DNA of 64,000 bases from Candidatus Oxydemutatoraceae bacterium. Lineage in GTDB: Bacteria > Pseudomonadota > Gammaproteobacteria > Poriferisulfidales > Oxydemutatoraceae. This document shows positions 31,360 to 40,196 of the stretch, one piece after another. Position 1 is the stretch's first letter. Each line of letters begins with the position of its first letter. The stretch covers positions 320,001-384,000 of the forward strand of contig CBDCOZ010000003.1 of NCBI GenBank assembly GCA_965220085.1, read 5' to 3'. Both the position numbers and the translations under genes were made by a program. The notes beneath the pieces are model-generated. The model saw only the letters and a program-made list of their open reading frames with translations, did not search any database and was not told the DNA's origin.

Positions 31360-32304
31360 TCATAGCGCCCGCTCCATCGGAACCTGAGCAATCTTTTCCT
31401 TCCCGGCAGGGGTATGAATTGGCTTGCCCAAAGGGCGCATTTTGAGGTTTCCCGAACAAAGCGCATTCACTCTGCCTCTGGCAACTTTTGAGTATTCGGC
31501 TTCTTTATCTATGGAAACACCCTTGCGATTATGTTTTATTGTGGCAATCAGGGTGGAACCAACTCCGCCAAAAGGATCTAGCACCCAATCACCCTTATTG
31601 GTGAAAGCGAGCACGCACCTCTCAATAAGTTCTACCGGGAATTGACAGGGATGGCAGGTCTTTTCAGGGTGATTTGATTTAACATTGGGCACATCAACTA
31701 CTCCGGAATCAAATTCATCCTGTATTAATTCCCAATAGTCGGATGGATTTTTCCCTTTGGGGTTTCCGCTGAGCAATCCCTTTTTATTGCCTTTGAAATG
31801 TCGCTTGCCGGGATATTTTGCCGGAACACGAATGGCGTCAAGGTTGAATATATAGTCATCGGACTTGGTAAACCAGAGCAGCGTCTCATATCTTCCGGAG
31901 AGTCTTTTGCTGGCATGAAGCCCGTGGTTAAAATGCCAGATAATCCTGTTCCGCAGCTTCAGATCGCACTTCTTAAACAAAGGATAAAAGAAATTATCCA
32001 ACGGGAACACTTCCCCTTTCTCGACAAAATTGCCGACTTGCCAACACAGGCTTCCTTTCGGGTGAAGCAAGTCTATCAACTTTGGGACAATCGTTTCTTG
32101 CCACTCCATGTAAGATTGTAAGCGCTGTTTCTTTTCATACGCTTTGCCGACATTGTAAGGAGGCGAAGTAATGATTAACCGAAAAAAGTTTTTTGGCAAC
32201 GCAACGGACAGTTTGAGAATATCTCCCGTTGCAATGACATTGCTCTTTTTGTCAAAGCGGCTGGATAAAGCGATGTCTTTTTTCAAAAGTCTTTTCTGAC
32301 ACAT
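31360..32304 (-). CDS. Site-specific N4/N6 DNA methyltransferase (beta class)
   Basis: Motif IV ITSPPYN before motif I VLDPFGGVGST; HPCQFP. The ORF-track start lies inside the tRNA, so ATG 32304 is used. Confidence 0.9.
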   Translation of the reverse strand: MCQKRLLKKDIALSSRFDKKSNVIATGDILKLSVALPKNFFRLIITSPPYNVGKAYEKKQRLQSYMEWQETIVPKLIDLLHPKGSLCWQVGNFVEKGEVFPLDNFFYPLFKKCDLKLRNRIIWHFNHGLHASKRLSGRYETLLWFTKSDDYIFNLDAIRVPAKYPGKRHFKGNKKGLLSGNPKGKNPSDYWELIQDEFDSGVVDVPNVKSNHPEKTCHPCQFPVELIERCVLAFTNKGDWVLDPFGGVGSTLIATIKHNRKGVSIDKEAEYSKVARGRVNALCSGNLKMRPLGKPIHTPAGKEKIAQVPMERAL

Positions 32305-32325
32305 AGCATCGTCGGCAAATCTAAA

Positions 32326-32401
32326 TGGTGGAGCCGAGGGGAGTCGAACCCCTGACCTCGACATTGCGAACGTCGCGCTCTCCCAACTGAGCTACGGCCC
32401 C
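32326..32401 (-). tRNA. tRNA-Ala(CGC)
   Basis: GGGGCCGTAGCTCAGTTGGGAGAGCGCGACGTT-CGC-AATGTCG...GGTTCGACTCCCCTCGGCTCCACCA; 76 nt with G3:U70. Confidence 0.96.
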
Positions 32402-32528
32402 TTTGCCCGTGTTGCGCCAAATAACGCGCCTTTGCCGGTACGGTTAAGCGCATATGATACACCGCATTGCGCCATTTTGTCGGCATAGCGGCAAGCGCTG
32501 AGACTATTTTCCTATATAATCCGAACAA

Positions 32529-33479
32529 ATGCGCACCTTATATCCGCCAATAGAACCGTATAACACCCTTTCTCTGTCGGTTGACGCGCGGCACACCCTG
32601 TATGTCGAAGAGAGCGGCGACCCCGACGGTTTGCCCTTCGTCTTCTTGCACGGCGGCCCGGGCGCGGGCTGCGAGGCGCATCACCGCCGGCTTTTCAATC
32701 CCGATGTCTGCCGCATTGTCTTGTTTGATCAGCGCGGCTGCGGCCGCTCAACGCCGTTTGCGGATCTCACCGACAATACGACGCAACACCTCGTTGCCGA
32801 CATGGAAGCGATACGCGAGTCTCTGGGCATAGAGTCGTGGATTGTCTTCGGCGGGTCGTGGGGTTCTGCTCTGGCTCTTGCGTATGCGCAAACGCACCCC
32901 GAACGTTGTCTCGGGCTGATAGTTCGCGGGGTATTTTTGTGTCGGCAACGCGACATCCGATGGTTCTATCAGGACGGCGCGCGGTTTTTGTTTCCCGATT
33001 TGTGGGAAGACTTTGCCGCCCTGATTCCGCAAGACGAGCGCGATGACATGGTCGCCGCCTTTTATCGCCGTCTCACCGGCGACGATGCGGATGTTCGCCG
33101 GCGGGCGGCGCTGGCGTGGTCAATCTGGGAAGGGAAAACCGCGACATTGCTGCCAAACGCTGCGGTGATTGCGTTCTTTTCCGACCCGCGGGTTGCGATG
33201 AGTCTGGCGCGGATTGAATGCCACTTCTTTCACAATCAGATTTTCCTGCGCGACGGGCAACTGCTCGATGATGCGGAGCGGCTGTCCGATATTCCGGGCA
33301 TTATCATACACGGGCGCTACGATGTCGTGTGCCCGCCCGAGCAGGCGTATTTGCTGCACCAAAGGTGGCCCCGAAGCGAGTTGCACATTGTCGCCGCCGC
33401 GGGGCATGCGGCATTTGAGCCCGGCATCATCCATCACTTGGTGGATGCGACCGATGATATGGCGGAGCGTTACACGTAA
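32529..33479 (+). CDS. pip: Proline iminopeptidase
   Basis: HGGPG, DQRGCGRS, GGSWG, HGRYD..CP, AGH. Confidence 0.96.
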   Translation: MRTLYPPIEPYNTLSLSVDARHTLYVEESGDPDGLPFVFLHGGPGAGCEAHHRRLFNPDVCRIVLFDQRGCGRSTPFADLTDNTTQHLVADMEAIRESLGIESWIVFGGSWGSALALAYAQTHPERCLGLIVRGVFLCRQRDIRWFYQDGARFLFPDLWEDFAALIPQDERDDMVAAFYRRLTGDDADVRRRAALAWSIWEGKTATLLPNAAVIAFFSDPRVAMSLARIECHFFHNQIFLRDGQLLDDAERLSDIPGIIIHGRYDVVCPPEQAYLLHQRWPRSELHIVAAAGHAAFEPGIIHHLVDATDDMAERYT

Positions 33480-34277
33480 AGATGATCGCATTGCTGCAAC
33501 GGGCGCTGCATGCAAAGGTGCGCGCGGAGGATGAAACCATCGCAGCGATCGGCGCCGGCTTGCTCGCATACATCGCGGGGCATGCGGCATTTGAGCCCGG
33601 CATCATCCATCACTTGGTGGATGCGACCGATGATATGGCGGAGCGTTACACGCAAAGATGATCGCATTGCTGCAACGGGCGCTGCATGCAAAGGTGCGCG
33701 CGGAGGATGAAACCATCGCAGCGATCGGCGCCGGCTTGCTCGCATACATCGCGGGGCATGCGGCATTTGAGCCCGGCATCATCCGCCATCTGGCGGATGC
33801 GACCGATGATATGGCGGAGCGTTACACGTAAAGATGATCGCATTGCTGCAACGGGCGCTGCATGCAAAGGTGCGCGCGGAGGATGAAACCATCGCAGCGA
33901 TCGGCGCCGGCTTGCTCGCATACATCGCGGGGCATGCGGCATTTGAGCCCGGCATCATCCGCCATCTGGCGGATGCGACCGATGATATGGCGGAGCGTTA
34001 CGCGTAACGATGATCGCATTGCTGCAACGGGCGCTGCATGCAAAAGCGCGCGCGGAGGAGGAAACCATCGCAACGATCGGCGCCGGCTTGCTCGCATACA
34101 TCGCGGGGCATGCGGCATTTGAGCCCGGCATCATCCGCCATCTGGCGGATGCGACCGATGATATGGCAGAGCGTTACGCGCAAAGATGATCGCATTGCTG
34201 CAACGGGTGCTGCATGCAAAAGTGCGCGCGGAGGAGGAAACCATCGCAACAATCGGCGCCGGCTTGCTCGCATACAT
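33398..34277. repeat. Tandem array (5 x 176 bp) of the pip/dtd junction
   Basis: cgcggggcatgcggcatttgagccc at 33398, 33574, 33750, 33926 and 34102; bounded by cgcgg at 34278. Confidence 0.97.
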
Positions 34278-34623
34278 CGCGGTGCAACCCGACGATGATG
34301 CGCGCGCCGCAAACCGTCTCGCCGAGCGGATCGTCGCTTACCGCATATTCGCCGATGCCGCCGGCAAAGCAAACCTCAGTGTCGGCGACAGCGGCGGGGA
34401 GATACTGCTCGTTTCTCAGTTTACGCTGGCGGCGGACACCCGCAAAGGGCTGCGCCCGAGTTTCTCCGCCGCCGCCCCTCCCGAATACGCCCGCGAAATG
34501 TTTGACATATTCGCAGCACAAGTGCGGGCGCGTCATGCAAAGGTAGCGCGCGGGCGGTTTCAAGCGCACATGCGGGTCGAATCGGTCAACGACGGGCCGA
34601 CAAATTTCCTCTTATCCGCATGA
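34186..34623 (+). CDS. dtd: D-aminoacyl-tRNA deacylase
   Basis: MIALLQRV, VSQFTLAADT.KG.RPSF, NDGP. Confidence 0.96.
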   Translation: MIALLQRVLHAKVRAEEETIATIGAGLLAYIAVQPDDDARAANRLAERIVAYRIFADAAGKANLSVGDSGGEILLVSQFTLAADTRKGLRPSFSAAAPPEYAREMFDIFAAQVRARHAKVARGRFQAHMRVESVNDGPTNFLLSA

Positions 34624-34711
34624 TGGCGCAAGGGCATAACCGCGCTTTCGCGCAGAGGGCGGCAACGAATGCCGATTTCCGTATAATAACCGTTCGTTTA
34701 CCCGAAGCAAT

Positions 34712-35305
34712 ATGAATGCCCGCAGCGCCAGCATCAGCCGCCACACATCCGAGACGCAGATAGATATCCGGCTCGGTCTGGACAAACCCGGCGCATGCCG
34801 CATTGAAATCGGCATTCCCTTTCTGCAGCACATGCTCGAGCAAGTCTGCAAACACGGTTGCTTTGACATGGAGATCAAAGCGCAAGGCGATCTGGAAGTC
34901 GATTTTCACCATACGGTCGAAGATGTCGGCATTGCGCTTGGCCAATGCTTTGCCAAGGCGCTGGGCGACAAGAAAGGCATCAGGCGTTACGGCTCGGCCT
35001 ATGTGCCGCTGGACGAAGCCCTGTCCCGCGTGGTGATAGATTTTTCCGGGCGTCCGGGTTTGCAATACCACGTGAATTACCCGCGCGTGCGCATCGGCAA
35101 TTTTGATGTGGACCTCATCGGCGAATTTTTTCACGGCTTCGTCAATCACTCGCAGACCACCCTGCACATCGATTGTTTGCGCGGGGCAAACAGCCACCAC
35201 ATCGCGGAGACGGTGTTCAAAGCCTTTGGCAGGGCGTGTCGCATGGCGGTGGAGATGGACCCGATGATGGGAGATGCAACCCCTTCGACCAAAGGAACTC
35301 TCTGA
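34712..35305 (+). CDS. hisB: Imidazoleglycerol-phosphate dehydratase
   Basis: [28 protein letters not shown]. Confidence 0.97.
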   Translation: MNARSASISRHTSETQIDIRLGLDKPGACRIEIGIPFLQHMLEQVCKHGCFDMEIKAQGDLEVDFHHTVEDVGIALGQCFAKALGDKKGIRRYGSAYVPLDEALSRVVIDFSGRPGLQYHVNYPRVRIGNFDVDLIGEFFHGFVNHSQTTLHIDCLRGANSHHIAETVFKAFGRACRMAVEMDPMMGDATPSTKGTL

Positions 35306-35334
35306 TAGAACCGGTCTTCATCGGCCTGTCTGAA

Positions 35335-35994
35335 ATGGTAGAAACAATCGCACTGGTTGACTACGGCATGGGCAACCTCAACTCGGTTGAACAGGCGTTG
35401 CGTCACGTCTGCGGCGGCAATCGGCGCGTGGTCATCGCCACCGCCGCCGAGACGATTCGCGACGCCGACAAGGTCGTATTTCCGGGACAAGGCGCTGCCG
35501 GCGCATCGATGCGGGAAATTACCGCAAAAGGTCTCGGCCCCGCTCTGGTCGCCGCCTCGCGCGAGAAACCGTTTCTGGGCATCTGCATGGGCTTGCAAAT
35601 ACTGATGACGCACAGCGAAGAGAACGACGGGGTGTCGTGTCTTGACATCTTTGCCGGCGAAGTCACGCGCCTGAATACGGGAGGCGCCGCAAAACCCGGC
35701 CACAAAATCCCGCACATGGGTTGGAACCGGGTGCGACAAGCAAAGGCACACCCGTTGTGGGAGCGGATAGATGACGATGCGTTTTTCTATTTTGCGCACA
35801 GCTACCGCACCCGCCCCGACAAAGACGACGTCATTGCCGCGACCAGCGAATACGGCGGCAAGTTTGCGTGCGCATTAGCGCGCGATTTTGTTTTTGCGGC
35901 ACAGTTTCACCCCGAGAAAAGCGCCGCCGCGGGATTGCGCTTGCTCAAAAACTTCGCTTTTTGGAATGGAAGCGGGCAAACACAAGGTTCCTGA
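35335..35994 (+). CDS. hisH: Imidazole glycerol phosphate synthase glutaminase subunit
   Basis: DYGMGNL.SV, PGQG, GICMG.Q, PHMGWN, QFHPEKS. Confidence 0.97.
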   Translation: MVETIALVDYGMGNLNSVEQALRHVCGGNRRVVIATAAETIRDADKVVFPGQGAAGASMREITAKGLGPALVAASREKPFLGICMGLQILMTHSEENDGVSCLDIFAGEVTRLNTGGAAKPGHKIPHMGWNRVRQAKAHPLWERIDDDAFFYFAHSYRTRPDKDDVIAATSEYGGKFACALARDFVFAAQFHPEKSAAAGLRLLKNFAFWNGSGQTQGS

Positions 35995-36301
35995 ACGGCG
36001 GGGAGAATCCGACATGAGCGGGAATACGGCATCGTCCGAGCGCTATCAGAATCCCCGCCGGCTGCGGGCAATCTCCCGATTTTTGGCGGCAAACGGCGTT
36101 AAAAGGCGGATAAATGCCGCTTTGAAGCGCTCGGCCCTGCGGGAGGAAGTCGGGTTTTGCCCCGACAAGGCCGTTGCCGTCCCCCTTTTTAGCGGCATGA
36201 TTTCTCAATTTAAGGTAAGATTGCGTACTTGAGTATATAGTCATGGCTATATTTGCTGTTACAAACTCCGATAATTCTCCGGACAATCCGCAGAGATTCT
36301 T

Positions 36302-37045
36302 GTGCTTTTAATCCCCGCAATAGATTTGCAAAACAACAAATGTGTGCGCCTGAAGCAAGGTCGCTTCGGCGATACGACTGTGTTTTCCGAAGACCCGGTC
36401 AGCGTTGCGGCGAAGTGGCGCGAGCTCGGCGCCAAGCGTCTGCACATCATCGACCTGGACGGCGCCAAGAAGGGCGAGCCGCAGCACTACCGCATGGTCG
36501 AGCAAATTGCAAAACAGACGCAAGGGTTGCCGATTCAAGTCGGCGGCGGCATTCGCACGATGGATGCCATTCAGCAATATCTCGACTGCGGCGCGCAATA
36601 CGTGATTCTCGGCACCAGCGCGGCGAGCCAACCGCACTTTGTCAAAGAAGCGTGTCTTGAATTTCAAGGGCACATTATCATCGGCCTTGATGTCAAGGAC
36701 GGCAAGGTCGCGACCGACGGCTGGTCGAAGCTGTCCCAGCACGACCCGACCGATTTGATGCAACACTTTGAAACCGACGGCATCAGCGCCGTGTTGCACA
36801 CCGATATCAAGCGCGACGGGATGCTGTGCGGCCCGAACTTTCAAAGCTCGGCCGCGCTGGCCGGCGAATTGCGCGTGCCGATGATTATCGCCGGCGGCTT
36901 TGCCACGCTGGATGATATTCGGCGCCTGTGCGAGATAGAGGAGGAAAGGCTTCAGGCCGCCGTTCTGGGGCGCGCCTTATACGAAGGGACGATTGACTTT
37001 AGCGAAGCGCTAAAGCTCGTTGAGCGGATGCGCCCCGGCGGGTAA
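36302..37045 (+). CDS. hisA: ProFAR isomerase
   Basis: IPAIDL...CVRL.QG, HIIDLDGA, QVGGGIR, TDI.RDGML. Confidence 0.97.
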   Translation: MLLIPAIDLQNNKCVRLKQGRFGDTTVFSEDPVSVAAKWRELGAKRLHIIDLDGAKKGEPQHYRMVEQIAKQTQGLPIQVGGGIRTMDAIQQYLDCGAQYVILGTSAASQPHFVKEACLEFQGHIIIGLDVKDGKVATDGWSKLSQHDPTDLMQHFETDGISAVLHTDIKRDGMLCGPNFQSSAALAGELRVPMIIAGGFATLDDIRRLCEIEEERLQAAVLGRALYEGTIDFSEALKLVERMRPGG

Positions 37046-37822
37046 ATGGCTCTTGCGAACCGCATCATCCCCTGTCTGGATGTCGACCGCGGGCGGGTTG
37101 TCAAAGGCATTCGATTTGAAAACATCGCCGATGCCGGCGATCCGGTTGAAGTCGCCAAGCGGTATAACGAAGAGGGCGCCGACGAGATCACATTTCTGGA
37201 CATCACCGCAAGCTCCGACGAGCGCGACATCCTGCCGCATCTGGTCAGGCACGTTGCGGCGGAGGTGTTCATTCCGATGACCGTCGGCGGCGGGGTGCGC
37301 AGCGCCGAGGACATTTGCCGCTTGCACCGCGCGGGCGCCGACAAAGTAGCCATCAACACCGCGGCGGTGAAGCGGCCGGATTTGATCAAGCAAGCGGCGG
37401 ATGCGGTCGGGTCGCAGTGTGTCGTCGTTGCGATCGATGCGCGCCAGCGCGAAGGCGAGGCCAAGTGGAATGTCTATACGCACGGCGGGCGCACCCCGCA
37501 TAATCTGGACGCCGTTGAATGGGCGCAACAAGCGCAGGAATATGGCGCCGGCGAGATTTTGCTGACCAGCATGGACCGCGACGGCACCAAGCTGGGGTTT
37601 GACCTTGCGCTGACCCGTCGTGTCAGCGAGAGTGTCGGCATACCGGTCATCGCCTCCGGCGGCGTCGGCGAGCTCGGTCATCTGGCCGCGGGCATCACCC
37701 AAGGGCTCGCCGATGCGGTGCTCGCCGCGAGCATATTTCATTTCCGCGAATACACCATCCGCGAAGCCAAGCGGCACATGCGGGAGAAGGGCATCAATGT
37801 CCGGCTTGAAGCCGCCTGCTGA
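37046..37822 (+). CDS. hisF: Imidazole glycerol phosphate synthase cyclase subunit
   Basis: [38 protein letters not shown]. Confidence 0.97.
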   Translation: MALANRIIPCLDVDRGRVVKGIRFENIADAGDPVEVAKRYNEEGADEITFLDITASSDERDILPHLVRHVAAEVFIPMTVGGGVRSAEDICRLHRAGADKVAINTAAVKRPDLIKQAADAVGSQCVVVAIDARQREGEAKWNVYTHGGRTPHNLDAVEWAQQAQEYGAGEILLTSMDRDGTKLGFDLALTRRVSESVGIPVIASGGVGELGHLAAGITQGLADAVLAASIFHFREYTIREAKRHMREKGINVRLEAAC

Positions 37823-37885
37823 TGTCGCGTCTTGGCAGATTGAAGCGAATGATATATTGTGCAAATATGCTTTACACTTGTTGCG

Positions 37886-38224
37886 ATGGATAAGACAGAT
37901 TCAAACCCCGATGTGCTGCTTCGCCTTGAGAACATTCTCAAGCAACGCAAGCAAGCCTCCGCCGAAACCTCCTATGTCGCATCGCTCTATCAAGGCGAGC
38001 ACCCCGCGATGGCAGAGAAGATTACCGAGGAGGCCGCCGAACTGATAGAGGCGGCGTTGTCCGACGACAAGGCGCATACGGTGCGTGAAGCGGCTGATTT
38101 GTTGTTTCATTGTCAGGTGCTCCTCGCGTATAAAGGCATTTCAATCAACGCAGTGCTGAATGAGTTGGAACGCCGCATAGGCGTGTCCGGACACGATGAG
38201 AAACGCCGCCGCAGCGAGCGATAG
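37886..38224 (+). CDS. hisE: Phosphoribosyl-ATP pyrophosphohydrolase
   Basis: SYVASL, KITEEAAE, EAADLLFH, ELERR.G.SG..EK. Confidence 0.93.
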   Translation: MDKTDSNPDVLLRLENILKQRKQASAETSYVASLYQGEHPAMAEKITEEAAELIEAALSDDKAHTVREAADLLFHCQVLLAYKGISINAVLNELERRIGVSGHDEKRRRSER

Positions 38225-38293
38225 GGCGAGGGGATAAGCAAAAGTGGTAACATATAGCGCAATGCGGAACGATACGCCGCGAGGAGATTTTCT

Positions 38294-38485
38294 ATGACTT
38301 GGGGACCTTTACAGATTCTGTTAATTTTGCTAATCGTCATTCTTTTGTTTGGCACCAAAAAACTTCGCAGCCTGGGTTCGGATTTGGGAGGCGCGATAAA
38401 GAGCTTCAAAAAATCCATGAGCGACGAAGAAAAGAAGCCGGCCAGTCTTGATTCAAAAGGAGAGAATACTTCCGACAAGAAGTAG
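38294..38485 (+). CDS. tatA: Tat translocase subunit A
   Basis: [24 protein letters not shown]. Confidence 0.96.
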   Translation: MTWGPLQILLILLIVILLFGTKKLRSLGSDLGGAIKSFKKSMSDEEKKPASLDSKGENTSDKK

Positions 38486-38495
38486 TCGATAGCCA

Positions 38496-38867
38496 ATGTC
38501 TGATTTTGGCTTCTGGGAATTAACCCTGATTGCGCTCATCGCGTTGCTGGTTGTCGGGCCGGCGCGCTTGCCGCAACTGGCGCAGACCGCCGGTTACTGG
38601 ATGCGCAGACTGAGACAGATGGCGATGGTCTTCAAAAGCGAATTCATGTATGAGGCGGACAAGTCCGGAGTAAACAAAATTCTTGGCGACACCCGCGATG
38701 CCGTGCGCGATGCCGAGAGAGAGATCGGACACCTAGACCCCCTCGCCAAAGCGATAGACGAGCAAATCGAATCCGGCCGCTTTGAGAAAGACCGCGCGGC
38801 AGAAGGGGACAAACGGGAAAATTCTGATGCGCCGCAAGCAACAACAGACAAGCCCAAACAACGATGA
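38496..38867 (+). CDS. tatB: Tat translocase subunit B
   Basis: GFWEL..IALIALLVVGP.RLP. Confidence 0.95.
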   Translation: MSDFGFWELTLIALIALLVVGPARLPQLAQTAGYWMRRLRQMAMVFKSEFMYEADKSGVNKILGDTRDAVRDAEREIGHLDPLAKAIDEQIESGRFEKDRAAEGDKRENSDAPQATTDKPKQR

Positions 38868-39606
38868 CACCGACCAATCTCTGGTTTCGCACCTGATTGA
38901 GTTACGCAGCCGGCTGCTCAAAATCATACTGTCGGTCGCGGTCGTCTTTATCGTCCTGTTTCCGTTTGCCAACCCAATTTATGAGACCCTGTCGGCGCCG
39001 TTGCTCGAGCGCTTGCCGCAGGGCAGTTCGATGGTCGCGATAGATGTCGCCTCGCCGTTTCTGACCCCGTTCAAGATGGTGATATTGCTCGCGCTGGCGC
39101 TTGCGGTGCCGGTTATTTTCTATCACCTGTGGGCGTTTGTATCGCCCGGGCTCTACCACAACGAGCGGCGGCTCGCCTTTCCGCTGTTGGCGCTGAGCGC
39201 CGTGCTTTTTTATGCCGGCATGGCGTTCGCTTATTTTGTCGCCTTCCCGCTGATGTTCGCCTTTTTCAACGCGGTGGCGCCGGACAATGTGACGGTGATG
39301 ACCGACATCGGACGCTATCTGGATTTTGTCGTCAAAATTTTCTTTGCCTTCGGGCTGGCGTTTGAAGTTCCCATCGTCACCCTGTTGCTCGTCATGAGCG
39401 GCGCGACCACGCCCGAATCGCTGGCGCGCAAGCGTCCGTATATCATCGTCGGCGCGTTTTTTATCGGCATGGTCCTGACTCCGCCCGATGTCCTCTCACA
39501 AATCCTGCTGGCAGTGCCGGTGTGGTTGCTGTTTGAGACAGGGTTGCTGATTTCGCGCGTGATAGCGAAGAACAAACAAGATGCCCAAGCGTCGGCGCAG
39601 GAGTAA
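38827..39606 (+). CDS. tatC: Tat translocase subunit C
   Basis: SHLIELRSRL, WAFVSPGLY..E, FEVP, LTPPD. Start uncertain. Confidence 0.96.
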   Translation: MRRKQQQTSPNNDDTDQSLVSHLIELRSRLLKIILSVAVVFIVLFPFANPIYETLSAPLLERLPQGSSMVAIDVASPFLTPFKMVILLALALAVPVIFYHLWAFVSPGLYHNERRLAFPLLALSAVLFYAGMAFAYFVAFPLMFAFFNAVAPDNVTVMTDIGRYLDFVVKIFFAFGLAFEVPIVTLLLVMSGATTPESLARKRPYIIVGAFFIGMVLTPPDVLSQILLAVPVWLLFETGLLISRVIAKNKQDAQASAQE

Positions 39607-39618
39607 GCCGCGGCTATG

Positions 39619-39873
39619 GACTCCCGGCACCAGCGCGAGTTGTCATGAGCAATGCCAGAAACATTGCGGACACCCGGCACCAACACGAGTTGTCATGAAT
39701 CATGCCGGAAACATTGCGGACACCCGGCACCAGCGCGAGTTGTCATGAATCATGCCGGAGACATTGCGGGACACCCGGCTCCGGCACGAGTTGTTGCAAT
39801 ATCAACACCTCAGCCGCTCATCACGCTATGCGTGGCGGCACAAATATCCGTGCGATGGCATGAACGGCTTAAC
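39619..39873 (+). mobile_element. IS481 left-end relic whose terminal ~50 bp is tandemly repeated ~3.5 times
   Basis: atgcc(a/g)gaaacattgcgga units with cccggc at 39623, 39673, 39723 and 39774, followed by gcaatatcaacac and ...gatggcatgaacggcttaa matching the intact IS. Confidence 0.75.
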
Positions 39874-39894
39874 CGGCGCTGTCCCCCGCGCCGC

Positions 39895-39980
39895 CCGCCG
39901 CCTCTGCGCCTGCGCCTTTTCCTTCAAGACCCTTGCAATAATGCGAGTATCCTGCGGCGGAGAAGGGGAGTATTGTGAGG
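39895..39980 (+). pseudogene. Relic 3' end of a third Ig-repeat gene
   Basis: ctgcgcctgcgccttttccttcaagaccc (LRLRLFLQDP) plus downstream cctgcggcggagaaggggagtatt, matching 42066-42137. Confidence 0.7.
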
Positions 39981-40196
39981 TCACACAAGGGGTTGAGACA
40001 GGCTACAAAAAGGAGCTTGCAAATGATTTGCTTTATGGTATAGTGCGACATTCCTTGTAAATTGCGTTTGCTAAACACAGGAGGTACTGGTATTTGCAAA
40101 TGACTCGCACTTTGTGATAGAACACGGTGCTAAGAGTATGGCGCTCATTGAACAACTGTGTTCGCGAGGTGCGGATTAGACATCGGGAGTAAAACC

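Noticed and set aside
31360-32364. Methyltransferase ORF overlapping tRNA-Ala
   Set aside because: The upstream ATG lies within the tRNA by chance; a downstream start (32304) removes the overlap.
33398-34277. pip/dtd and 57784-58237 arrays as CRISPR or REP arrays
   Set aside because: Whole units repeat with no unique spacers, and they consist of the flanking gene sequence.
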